A stretch of 64,000 bases of DNA from Octopus bimaculoides (Eukaryota), in contig NC_068995.1 of assembly GCF_001194135.2 (NCBI RefSeq), positions 38,848,705 through 38,912,704 of the forward strand, given 5' to 3'. Position numbers and translations under genes: made by a program. The notes beneath the pieces are model-generated. The model was not told the origin of the DNA. It searched no databases and worked only from the letters and a program-made list of their open reading frames with translations. Positions within the stretch are counted from its first letter, which is position 1. The number at the start of each line of letters is the position of its first letter. This document shows, one piece after another, positions 51,311 through 63,330 of this stretch.

Positions 51311-52916
51311 NNNNNNNNNNNNNNNNNNNNNNNNNNNNNNNNNNNNNNNNNNNNNNNNNNNNNNNNNNNNNNNNNNNNNNNNNNNNNNNNNNNNNNNNNN
51401 NNNNNNNNNNNNNNNNNNNNNNNNNNNNNNNNNNNNNNNNNNNNNNNNNNNNNNNNNNNNNNNNNNNNNNNNNNNNNNNNNNNNNNNNNNNNNNNNNNNN
51501 NNNNNNNNNNNNNNNNNNNNNNNNNNNNNNNNNNNNNNNNNNNNNNNNNNNNNNNNNNNNNNNNNNNNNNNNNNNNNNNNNNNNNNNNNNNNNNNNNNNN
51601 NNNNNNNNNNNNNNNNNNNNNNNNNNNNNNNNNNNNNNNNNNNNNNNNNNNNNNNNNNNNNNNNNNNNNNNNNNNNNNNNNNNNNNNNNNNNNNNNNNNN
51701 NNNNNNNNNNNNNNNNNNNNNNNNNNNNNNNNNNNNNNNNNNNNNNNNNNNNNNNNNNNNNNNNNNNNNNNNNNNNNNNNNNNNNNNNNNNNNNNTATAT
51801 ATATATATATATATATATATGGGAAAAAGAAGAAATGGGAGAAATTAAAATGCAGGCATCAGTTTATTCAAAGATATTCAAAGCCATAAAATGAAATTCC
51901 AATCCTACAGCCGTTTCCATAACCAATTATTTAAATTACAGAAATTAAATCAAATTAAATTTGGCTAGAAAAATTATTTTGATCTTATATTCTAGGAGAC
52001 GTCTCTTAGATAATAAAATGGAGACTAGTTTTTCATGTGTTCATGTATGTAAATGAACTCTTAAAAGCTACCATTAAATATATAAGCATCATCGATGATA
52101 AGCGTTTGTTAAAACAGGAAATTAGTTGTAATACTGATCAACAAAGTATATAATGTAATATAAAAAAATGTAATTTAATATAATATAATACAGTATAATA
52201 TTCTAATTAAACGTTGTAGATGGACATTATGTTTTCTATACGTGGCAATGTATTGGTATTTTACAATAGATTCAATTAAGCAGGAATCTCATAAGTATAT
52301 CGTTGAAATTTTTATGAAATTTATAAAACAAAATTCAGGATAAAACATATCTTAGTATTAATAACAACTTCAGTGTACTTAGTTTTAGTATAAAAAGTAG
52401 CTATAAATAATATCTGGTAATATCTAGTTTTTGCTTTTGTTGCAAAGTTTATATTGGCTGTAGATTTACACATAAATATTGATGACGCAACACGATTATT
52501 TGGCAATTAACTAGCAGTTTTGAGACGCCGTATATTTGTTTTCTTCGGTATTTTAACAAACGCATGCACTATTACTTCTTGAATGTTAAAACTCTTTCTC
52601 ACTACTCTCGCTCTCTCTCTCAATCTACCCATCTTTCTCGCTCACGCTTTAAGCATTCTCTCTTACCTTAAGACATCTTTTTCGCCCTAACTACCAAACC
52701 ACCATCATTCAAAATAATTACGTGTTACATATGAACGTGTACAATTATATCAAACGTATTTGTTAATACATACAGTGTGACCTCCTCCAACAGAAAAAAA
52801 AAGTAAACAGAACTCATATAGCGTAGTGGTTAACAGCGTAGCCAAGATTCCGAGTTCGTTTCCAAGCATTGACCTGATTAATAAAAATAACAATAATAAT
52901 AAAAATAAAATAGAAA

Positions 52917-53181
52917 AGTTCCATAATTAAATTTGGTGAACACACTATTTCGCTATCTCACGTACCTTCAACAGGTTCGAAATTTGGTATGTCAGTCTAC
53001 TTCATTTTTTTATAGATAATATAGGACTGCTATATTAGTATGTCAGTCTACTTCCAGAGGAGTCATAGCAGTCCTATATTATCTATAAAAAAATGAAGTA
53101 GACTGACATACCAAATTTCGAACCCGTTGAAGGTATTTGAGATAGCGAAAAATTGTGTTCAGCAAATTTAATTATGGAACT
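52917..53181. repeat. Long inverted repeat, 117-bp arms, 31-nt spacer
   Basis: 52917-53033 versus 53065-53181: 6 mismatches in 117, with the inner 60 bp perfect. Confidence 0.97.
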
Positions 53182-53238
53182 CTTCTTCTTTATTTACATA
53201 TTCCCTCCAGAGGAGTCATAACAGCCCTATATTATGTA

Positions 53239-53239
53239 T

Positions 53240-53278
<39 letters not shown>

Positions 53279-53285
53279 TATAATA

Positions 53286-53350
<65 letters not shown>

Positions 53351-53402
53351 GATAATTTTAGTAATAATAATAATGATGATAAGGATGATGATGATGATGA
53401 TA
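53239..53402. repeat. (AAT)n/(GAT)n microsatellite
   Basis: Directly visible. Confidence 0.97.
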
Positions 53403-53452
53403 ACATCGAAAAATACCTTAAGAATGAGAACCCAAGTTCAAAATTTCCCCAA

Positions 53453-53498
53453 GACACCTGATGAAGCTTGGAGTGTATATCAGCTGAAACGTTGTGTT
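53453..53498 (+). ncRNA. Minimal type I hammerhead ribozyme with intact core
   Basis: Stem I GACAC/GTGTT; CTGATGA 53458-53464; stem II AGCT...AGCT; GAAAC 53486-53490; self-complementary AACGTT in place of stem III; predicted cut after GUU at 53493. Confidence 0.85.
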
Positions 53499-53619
53499 AA
53501 CAACAAAGATGAGGTCAAATATCTGTCAAATGTAAATGTAAATAATGCATATTTATTTGTGTGTTCATTTATGCGTTTCAGCCCTGAGACTGTGGTCATG
53601 CTGGGGCACCGCCAGTGTA

Positions 53620-54482
53620 TTCACCTTTTCAATGACCAATCATATGTGATTGGCTTTTGGTGGAGGCTGGAGTTGGATACTGCTGTCCTCTTTAGAGTCT
53701 TCTGCCTTGGTATTGATTCATCTGGGTCCTTGCATAGCAAGAAGTCAAATTGTTTCTTGACAACAACTACACCATCTGTATGAATATTCCTAAGATGTTT
53801 TGGCGAGGCGTTAAATAGTTGTGGGCTCTTAAACACCAAGCTATAGCAGAACATGCGCTTCACTCTAGATGAGACAGTTGAGAAATTTGGAAGAGTGCAG
53901 TGACGTCCATTTCGGGGTTTGGTACAGTTCTCGATTCCAGAGTTTGGTGCCAGCCACTCCAGTATCTTCCACGCGTATATCACTGCATACCTCTCACGTC
54001 TTCACTACAGGAAGTAGATTCGTAGCTCTTTCAATTTCTCCCACTGGCTCAGCCGTTCTATTGATGTAACGTTACTGAACTATTTCAGTTTCCGCGATTA
54101 ATCTGACTAATGTTGAGAGCTGTATTCCAGACCGCTGAGGACAAACGTCCTCCATAAAACCAGCGTAGATTCCTGGTCCCTTGTTCTAGCGTTTCTCAGA
54201 ATCCATCCGTCCATTCGCCTGCACACTGCCACCATCTTGGTGATACGTGCTTAAAACAAGGCATCGTTGCTCGTATCTATCTCGAGATAAGGAACCATAT
54301 GTAATTCTGAGATTGCCGCTCCTTTTGGTCCAAAGTATCGTTGTCCTGATTTCTGAGCAATAATTTGTAGCGGTAAGCTTGAAATTTGCCTGCTTTAAAT
54401 TTTATGGTATTTTCACTAGCACATTAATATATGGCATGTCGGCCTTTCTGTAGATTAGCATCAGAAGGTTCTTGAAGGCATA
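53620..54482 (-). mobile_element. CR1-group LINE 3' fragment (post-RT region to the end of ORF2)
   Basis: KFKAGKFQAYRY, GWILRNARTRD, LWRTFVLS, RRERYAVIYAWKIL, FKSPQLFNASPKHLRN, SNSSLHQ. Confidence 0.88.
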
Positions 54483-54512
54483 TACATACACACAAATACA
54501 TGCATATATACG

Positions 54513-54599
<87 letters not shown>

Positions 54600-57254
54600 A
54601 CATNNNNNNNNNNNNNNNNNNNNNNNNNNNNNNNNNNNNNNNNNNNNNNNNNNNNNNNNNNNNNNNNNNNNNNNNNNNNNNNNNNNNNNNNNNNNNNNNN
54701 NNNNNNNNNNNNNNNNNNNNNNNNNNNNNNNNNNNNNNNNNNNNNNNNNNNNNNNNNNNNNNNNNNNNNNNNNNNNNNNNNNNNNNNNNNNNNNNNNNNN
54801 NNNNNNNNNNNNNNNNNNNNNNNNNNNNNNNNNNNNNNNNNNNNNNNNNNNNNNNNNNNNNNNNNNNNNNNNNNNNNNNNNNNNNNNNNNNNNNNNNNNN
54901 NNNNNNNNNNNNNNNNNNNNNNNNNNNNNNNNNNNNNNNNNNNNNNNNNNNNNNNNNNNNNNNNNNNNNNNNNNNNNNNNNNNNNNNNNNNNNNNNNNNN
55001 NNNNNNNNNNNNNNNNNNNNNNNNNNNNNNNNNNNNNNNNNNNNNNNNNNNNNNNNNNNNNNNNNNNNNNNNNNNNNNNNNNNNNNNNNNNNNNNNNNNN
55101 NNNNNNNNNNNNNNNNNNNNNNNNNNNNNNNNNNNNNNNNNNNNNNNNNNNNNNNNNNNNNNNNNNNNNNNNNNNNNNNNNNNNNNNNNNNNNNNNNNNN
55201 NNNNNNNNNNNNNNNNNNNNNNNNNNNNNNNNNNNNNNNNNATATATATATATATATATATATATATAATGTTGTGAGATTGATAAAAGCAGTCTCCATG
55301 TATGTGTATACGTGTATACGACAGCAGCATCCGATGTACTAGGAGACAATGTTAGTATGTGAGTAAACACACATGTGCGCACGGACGCACATCCACACAC
55401 ACAGACACACACAGACACACACATATATATGTATATATACATAACCACTAAATTATATATATATAACCACTAAATTATCCGTAGTAATTTAGTTCAACTT
55501 GCAATGAAGTCTCCGTATTAATTGGTTGCTGTCTGCCGTCTTTCTCTGTAACTACCTAACTAAAATGGTATAATTATACGTATACCTGTTTTCATGTGTG
55601 GGTGTAAATTTGTGTATATAATTACATAAATATATGCGTGAATATCGGTGCATTTGTATAAATTGTTGTGTTAGGTCCTATGAATAAGGTTTTCCTACAT
55701 TAAATTCAATCGAATAGCATTGAACATTTTTGCGTACCTTAATAGACTGATAATTCTAATTCAAATTTTTCAAATTGTCAATATAACAATCAGATTCTAT
55801 GTTGAGTATATGTTATTTTATGGGATAAATATATAAGAAAGAAAGGAAAGGGGCGCAATGTACCTTAATATGATATGTCGTTTGGAAGAAAGCAAGGAGG
55901 GAAGAACAGCAAAATAATTGTACCTTTGCCTTTCCATTAGTATTTTATTTTCTCCAGGTTTTTCTTATTTAACCTTTCCTCTGTTCCCTGTATTACACAC
56001 ACGCACACACACACGCACACACACAAACATACATATACACACACACAAACACATATACAGACACAAGCGCATACACAAACACATACTCAGGTATGTGTAT
56101 GTGAGTATATAAAATCATGTCTATCTGCCTGCTTTGTGTACATGCAAGAGAGTTAGCTTTTGGATTCAACAGTTTGACCACCGGAATTTATCATTGTATA
56201 TCTCTGAAAATTAACAGATTGACATAGATAGATGTACAGAATATAAACCAAATTTAAGATATAGAACTCAGTGGAAATGTTTAACTAAATACTTCAGGAG
56301 ATTGACCAGAATGAGTGCAGAGCAATGACAGAAGCAAGTACAGAATGAAACAAATTTGTATGTGTATTTGTGTGCACTTTATATAAATATACAAACACAG
56401 ACACCTTCAGATTCATACAAACACAGACACATTCAACAAAACAAACATGAGATAATATTGAAGATTTCACATTCGATACCCGAGAAGGTTTAGCAAACAC
56501 TTGATGATGACTACGTACTACTCAGAAAGAGAAGGGAGACAATTTTTAAAAAGGAAAATTATTCAAAGATGACATACCATTAAGGCGATTATCAGATTAT
56601 CTTTAAAACAAGGACAATCTTAAACGCGTTTTTCATCTTCAATATATATCATCGGCAATGCAATTCGTCAACATTGTCTTCTTCAGAAGATACACGTAAC
56701 AACAAGTAGAACACGTTTTTGGCTTACAAACTTTGCATGAACAAACCAAAAATGATGTAAGAAACATAAGAATGATGGCTAAATGTAAATTTAATATACT
56801 TTGAGAGTAATGTTTGGTTTATACAAAAAACGTACAAGCATTAACGGTTCACCATGTGAGTGTACTCTCTCTTTAAATATAAATGTGTATATATANNNNN
56901 NNNNNNNNNNNNNNNNNNNNNNNNNNNNNNNNNNNNNNNNNNNNNNNNNNNNNNNNNNNNNNNNNNNNNNNNNNNNNNNNNNNNNNNNNNNNNNNNNNNN
57001 NNNNNNNNNNNNNNNNNNNNNNNNNNNNNNNNNNNNNNNNNNNNNNNNNNNNNNNNNNNNNNNNNNNNNNNNNNNNNNNNNNNNNNNNNNNNNNNNNNNN
57101 NNNNNNNNNNNNNNNNNNNNNNNNNNNNNNNNNNNNNNNNNNNNNNNNNNNNNNNNNNNNNNNNNNNNNNNNNNNNNNNNNNNNNNNNNNNNNNNNNNNN
57201 NNNNNNNNNNNNNNNNNNNNNNNNNNNNNNNNNNNNNNNNNNNNNNNNNNNNNN

Positions 57255-57680
57255 AGTACATCCAGGTGCTTTGTATGCCAGTTGGGAGGCACTTGTGGCC
57301 TTGTAAAGCAGTACTTGATTTTTTTTTTGCATTGAACTCCCTATTATTTTGCCCTGCCCACTTGTATATTGCATTTAGGTCAATCTGCAGGCTCATGATA
57401 TCATCAGGATTCTTTATTGCCTAAGATAGTTTTGTGTCATCAGCGTAGCTAGTGACAATGGCTCTTCCAGTGGGCATGTCCAGAAGGGCCACTATGAATA
57501 GTAGTGGCCCCAGGACAGTTCTTTGCGGAACACCGCTCAATATTTGCGTTTCCCTAGATAGTTCTCCATTGGCTGCAACTATCTGATTTCTACGATTCAG
57601 GAAGTCACGCAGCCATTCTCCTAATGGATATATTGTACTGCAAATCCATAGGAATCCCTTCCGCAAATTTAGCAATTGAT
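57255..57680 (-). mobile_element. CR1-group LINE RT fragment
   Basis: WLRDFLNRRNQIV, SGVPQRTVLGPLLF, SYADDTK, LQIDLNAIYKWA. Confidence 0.92.
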
Positions 57681-58302
57681 TACCGGCACACACACACACA
57701 CACTCCTTTGTCTAGACTTTATTTAACCGAAACAATTCTGTATGAGGCTGATTGTTAGTACGATGTGAACAGTGTGGCATAAGACGTAGAGACATTTAAA
57801 TGTCAAATAGCCTTTATGCGGTGTATGACATATTTGCTACATATAATAGTCCAGCTTTCTAGTTTCAGAGTCATGAAATGCCTAGTGTAATTGTAAAAGT
57901 ACTGGTTTATTACCATTCCCCTATTTGACTGCTTCCTTAGATGAAGAACCGTCTTACCAGTCACGTTCTTCACAGATTTCTGGTGAGGTAAACACTCTGG
58001 AAACCACAGGCGACTTTTACATTACTTCAGCTTTGGAATATTAAACATTTGCGATATTGAAATGCCATCAATTTCATTGGTTTAGGCACTTGCAATATGT
58101 GTTGTATGCTGGGAATGGTATGATTCTCTGCTCTTCTATAGGGTTATTTCCTATGTTAATGTGCCGTATGTTGGATGTCATTGACATCCTTAATCATCAA
58201 TGCAGAAATTAATATAATTTCAGGCATCTTTTTCATAATTTTCCCACCTTAATTTTCATTCTGTGTTCTTCGATATCATTTCCTAATTTTTGTTAGTTTT
58301 CG

Positions 58303-58450
58303 GCGAGCTGGCCGAATCGTTAATAAACCGGGGAAAATGCTAAGCGGCATTTCGTCTATCGTTATGTTCTGAGATCAAATGCCACTGGTGTGAATAAAAA
58401 GTACCAATTGTTGATTTACCACTCCCCGAACATGGTGGCCTTTTGCCAAA
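58303..58450 (+). mobile_element. Degenerate, internally deleted SINE (16047 family)
   Basis: CGGCGAGCTGGCCGAATCGTT...AAATGCTAAGCGGCATTTCGTC...GTTCTGAGATCAAAT. Confidence 0.7.
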
Positions 58451-59909
58451 ATCTGGAACCTAATTTTTAAGTAGAATAATATAGAAGCTATATGTAATAT
58501 TTCCTAGTTTTATATTTAATTCGACCCAAACGAGAGTTTTTTTTTTCTCCATATTGCATCGATACTATCAGATGAAAGAAACTTTTCCTTTCACAAATCA
58601 TTTGGGAGGTTCCTTTATGTATCACGCTTTAAAACTTCCTTTCAAACTGCACAGATGTTTCAATAACACTTATGAATGTTTATGGATTTTCCAGTGAAAT
58701 GCCATGTAATTTCAAATATGTGATTATAATAACAACTGTTAATTATAAATAATTATGTCATATGGTAATTATAATTAATTGCTGACAATTATGTCATTAT
58801 TTACGGTTATTATTAATAATTACGTGGGTTTTATATGTTCATGATTTCAATTGAAAGCGATACGTGATAACTTCGGAAAAAATGTCAGTAAGAATATCCG
58901 GTGTCGTAGCAGGTGCTCACATTTCATAGAAGAGAGGGAAATGATAACATTTTTGGTAGCTTCAGAATCAAATGTATTTATAATTGTAACCTGAATATAT
59001 TAAGAATGCCAGCATACATAAATGGAACCCCACCCCAAAAATCAAGGATAACCAACTGTCCATCTTCCAATTTTATCCGAGTAAGACTGCTATCTCCCTC
59101 TCTCCTTCTCTCTCTTTCTCGCTCTCTCTCTCTCGCTCTCTCTCTCTCTCCCTCTGTATGTATATATATATATATATATATNNNNNNNNNNNNNNNNNNN
59201 NNNNNNNNNNNNNNNNNNNNNNNNNNNNNNNNNNNNNNNNNNNNNNNNNNNNNNNNNNNNNNNNNNNNNNNNNNNNNNNNNNNNNNNNNNNNNNNNNNNN
59301 NNNNNNNNNNNNNNNNNNNNNNNNNNNNNNNNNNNNNNNNNNNNNNNNNNNNNNNNNNNNNNNNNNNNNNNNNNNNNNNNNNNNNNNNNNNNNNNNNNNN
59401 NNNNNNNNNNNNNNNNNNNNNNNNNNNNNNNNNNNNNNNNNNNNNNNNNNNNNNNNNNNNNNNNNNNNNNNNNNNNNNNNNNNNNNNNNNNNNNNNNNNN
59501 NNNNNNNNNNNNNNNNNNNNNNNNNNNNNNNNNNNNNNNNNNNNNNNNNNNNNNNNNNNNNNNNNNNNNNNNNNNNNNNNNNNNNNNNNNNNNNNNNNNN
59601 NNNNNNNNNNNNNNNNNNNNNNNNNNNNNNNNNNNNNNNNNNNNNNNNNNNNNNNNNNNNNNNNNNNNNNNNNNNNNNNNNNNNNNNNNNNNNNNNNNNN
59701 NNNNNNNNNNNNNNNNNNNNNNNNNNNNNNNNNNNNNNNNNNNNNNNNNNNNNNNNNNNNNNNNNNNNNNNNNNNNNNNNNNNNNNNNNNNNNNNNNNNN
59801 NNNNNNNNNNNNNNNNNNNNNNNNNNNNNNNNNNNNNNNNNNNNNNNNNNNNNNNNNNNNNNNNNNNNNNNNNNNNNNNNNNNNNNNNNNNNNNNNNNNN
59901 NNNNNNNNN

Positions 59910-59950
<41 letters not shown>

Positions 59951-60048
59951 ATTCCCGAGCGTCAAACTAATACATCCTTTTGTTGTTTACACCACCTGTC
60001 CTCGTCTGTTGTTGTTGTTTTTTTCGTGCATTCTCCCCCACATATATA

Positions 60049-60087
60049 TATCGCCCCAGTATTTACTAAAGGAATACTGGGGCGATA
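60049..60087. repeat. Perfect 15-bp-stem palindrome
   Basis: TATCGCCCCAGTATT-TACTAAAGG-AATACTGGGGCGATA. Confidence 0.95.
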
Positions 60088-60925
60088 GAACATGCTAACT
60101 ATGTATTAATTATAATCTAAGAAGTATATTATTATGAAGTTACCGGTGCAATTATATACAAGCTAATATAAATTTATATGGATACAAATTTAAGAAGTTT
60201 ACTTACATAAAGGCTATTATAAAAATAATAATAATATGATCAGTATGGTAGAACACAATAGAAATAAATAAATAGTTTAATCACTAAAACCATGATGAAG
60301 TATATATACCATATTATCAACAATAGAAATAGAAGATTATATAGTATTTGCTTAATAATTCTATCAATATACACAATTATTTACTTATTAGGTGGTAATA
60401 TAAAGACTGATCACTGTTACTTATTAAAGGACTATTGGGGTGATATAACATGCAAACAATATATCATTTGTAAGCAAAGAGGTATAATATACGTTGTAAA
60501 ATTTCCAGTGCTAATACATACATTATAATATAGTTTTCTAGAGAGAAATAGATAGGACTACTTACATAAAGGACTTTATAAAAAAAAATAATATTTTTAA
60601 ATGTTTGTATTATGTTCATGGTATTTTAGTACGTCCTTTTAATGTTTTATCATCCCAAATTTTTATTACACCAATGTATTATAACTTTTAAATCTAAAAT
60701 TCACTGTGTCTCACATCGATATTTATCTATGTATATGTATTTTTATATTTATATATTTGGAATGTTTATATCTGAGTGTGGTTATTAATCATGTTCCTCT
60801 AGTTTCCGCTTGCATTGCTTCCATTGAGATTATTAAGCGGAATATAGCTCATTTGGAGCACTACAACTCCAGTCTGTATTTTATTTGCGGGTATTGTTAA
60901 CACTAGCAATCTCGAAATAAAGCAG

Positions 60926-60964
<39 letters not shown>

Positions 60965-60968
<4 letters not shown>

Positions 60969-61170
60969 CATCATCATCTTCATTTTCATTTCATGCCCGT
61001 TTTGCATGCTTGCATGTGTTGGACTGATTAACTGTGGTCTAGTAAAAAGTCAGCGGCTGCACCAGGTCCCAGTCTGATCTGGCAATGTTTCTACAGTTGG
61101 ATACCCTCAGAGAGTGTAGTGGGTGCCTTATTACGTTCCACCTGAACGGAGCCAGTTAGCGGGAAGTATT
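60965..61170 (-). mobile_element. 3' end of a SINE with a (GAT)n tail
   Basis: (CAT)n, GCATGCTTGCATGTGTTGGA, GCTGCACCAGG..CAGTCTGATCTGGCA..GTTTCTACAG.TGGAT, GAGAGTGTAGTGGGTGC. Confidence 0.7.
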
Positions 61171-61809
61171 GGCTATGTAGTTTTCTACAGCAAACCGAGT
61201 TTTAGAAAAGAAAAAAAACGCATGAACTGCATTGTTGTCGTGTATGTGTATGTTTTTGTATGCGTGCGTCTGTGTTAAACTAGGTAAAATTAGTATTAAA
61301 TACGAAACAGTACAAGCAAAGTATTGTGTTGTTTAAGAACTACGATTTGGTATTTGAGACAATTTTCTACATTGCTTTATCTAGACGCCAAAACTATTCA
61401 TAACAACATATATTTTGTTGTAGTTAGCCAGTTTGCTACTTCCTGGGACGAATAATGTCATGTAAAGTAATATGAATGGAAGGAAGAATTACAGTATTAT
61501 GTTCTTTAGTTGAAGGATTGTGCAAAATCTCATTTACTGAATGTTAATATTACTAAAAATATTCACATTTGTATTCAGAAAGTATTGCTTTACCACTCCA
61601 GCCTAAGGAAACTACAAACAAAAATGACAACCGTCTTTGAGATATTCTCTTTAAATTCCCTATCGATTAACGTTTTGAAGAAATTGTATAACATTAACAG
61701 AATACAGTCACGGGACTAGACACAGAGACGAACAAGAGTATATAGAAGTTTCCATTTTTGCCTAAATACAAAACTATCTACACGATTTTATATGATATTT
61801 TATTTTCCT

Positions 61810-62230
61810 TAACATTTTCGAAAAACTGTGAATGATGTTGATGATATCTTCGATGTTATCTCCACAAAGTTGTCACGTCTTATTGCCTTTCCTGCATCTC
61901 TATCCCTTTAGTGCATTAGGGAGGTAGTACCCCGGCTATTGGTCCATGATAGACTGCTTTGATGATCCGTGTTACTATCATCTCGGAGCTTTCTACTAAC
62001 ATATGCATACACAGTCTTCTCCTTATATACGCTTATACTTTCATCTGATGATACGTTGCGGTAGAGTCGTGCCACTTCTTTTGGCAAATATTTAATGTTA
62101 TCAGACACTGAATGTTGCTCAAGGAGCTGCTTTCCAAGTCATATAATGTCATCAGCCTCATGTATGGAAACTTGATCATAGAAGCCCATCCTGATGATGC
62201 GCTGCGGTAGTGTCGTGCGACTTCTTTCTA
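61810..62230 (-). pseudogene. Unidentified coding relic with an internal repeat (RSxTTLPQRIIR twice)
   Basis: 37-bp direct repeats at 62045-62081 and 62191-62227; 4 of 5 differences across the repeated codons are synonymous in one frame. Confidence 0.4.
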
Positions 62231-62249
62231 TGTATCTATGTACGTACGT

Positions 62250-62293
<44 letters not shown>

Positions 62294-62706
62294 CACACAC
62301 AAACACACATACAGACACAAACACACATACAGACACACACATACATATATACATAGACACACTTACAAACATAGATAAAGAAAGAAGATAGTTAGCTTAA
62401 ATTATAAAAATCAGTATTCTTAGAAAAATACAATACTTAATACGAATATTTACATGNNNNNNNNNNNNNNNNNNNNNNNNNNNNNNNNNNNNNNNNNNNN
62501 NNNNNNNNNNNNNNNNNNNNNNNNNNNNNNNNNNNNNNNNNNNNNNNNNNNNNNNNNNNNNNNNNNNNNNNNNNNNNNNNNNNNNNNNNNNNNNNNNNNN
62601 NNNNNNNNNNNNNNNNNNNNNNNNNNNNNNNNNNNNNNNNNNNNNNNNNNNNNNNNNNNNNNNNNNNNNNNNNNNNNNNNNNNNNNNNNNNNNNNNNNNN
62701 NNNNNN

Positions 62707-62742
<36 letters not shown>

Positions 62743-63067
62743 ATATGTAATATTTTTGTGTGTAAAATTATATAGAAATAAATTTTAACATTAATGTACA
62801 GGACATCTGAATATTTGTACTAAGTGTCTTATTTTTAAAGAAAATTGCTTTTGAACTTTTTGCCTATTTGTCATCGGATAATCTGGTGACATTACCTAAA
62901 CCAAACTTGAAAATTCACTGTTAATTTTCTTTCCTGTGAAAATGCATAATCTAGACTTAAATAGAATTATTGACTGTAATACATATCAACAATACCATGG
63001 TATTCAACTGTGTTCTTTTAAAATTACTTAACAAAACCTTTATCAGTTTCCCCTCACGCACATACAT

Positions 63068-63330
63068 CTGCGTGGATGTGCGTGGCATAGTGCTTAGTGC
63101 GTTGAAATCATGATCGTAAGATTGTGTTATCGATTCCTGGACTGGGCGACCTATTGTGTTGTTGAGAAAAACATTTCATTTCCCGTTGCTCCAGCCCAGT
63201 CAGCTGGCAAAAATGAGTAATACAACGACGGACCGGCGTCCTGTTCAGATGGGAAGTTTATACGCCATGAAACATGGAAAACGGCCATTGTGTCGATATC
63301 ACTCACGTAGGTAACTTTAGCTTTAGTTTA
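63068..63330 (+). mobile_element. CORE-type tRNA SINE, degenerate
   Basis: TGGCATAGTGCTTAG A box, TATCGATTCC B-box-like, GTTGCTCCAGCCCAGTCAGCTGGCAAAAATGAGT core. Confidence 0.8.

Larger units (their letters stand above)
52816..53560 (+). mobile_element. tRNA-headed, (AAT)n-linked, hammerhead-tailed SINE-like element, interrupted by a foldback insertion
   Basis: A box TAGCGTAGTGG (52819-52829), B-box-like GAGTTCGTTTCC (52852-52863), AAT-rich linker split by 52917-53238, then a unique tail containing a hammerhead core and TGTAAAT repeats. Confidence 0.75.

Noticed and set aside
56440-56800. Coding-like A-rich stretch
   Set aside because: Every frame has frequent stops and no motif was recognised.
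53620-57680. One LINE split by a 2.8-kb insertion
   Set aside because: Both fragments contain the same post-YADD segment (LQxDLxAIYxWA...NxxKF), so they overlap by about 150 bp and are separate copies.
62045-62200. Hammerheads at CTGATGA 62045 and 62191 (also 1109, 8716, 18208, 50746 and minus-strand 57400-57445)
   Set aside because: No stem II closed by GAAA and no stem I pairing; some are simply codons of LINE RT (YADD).
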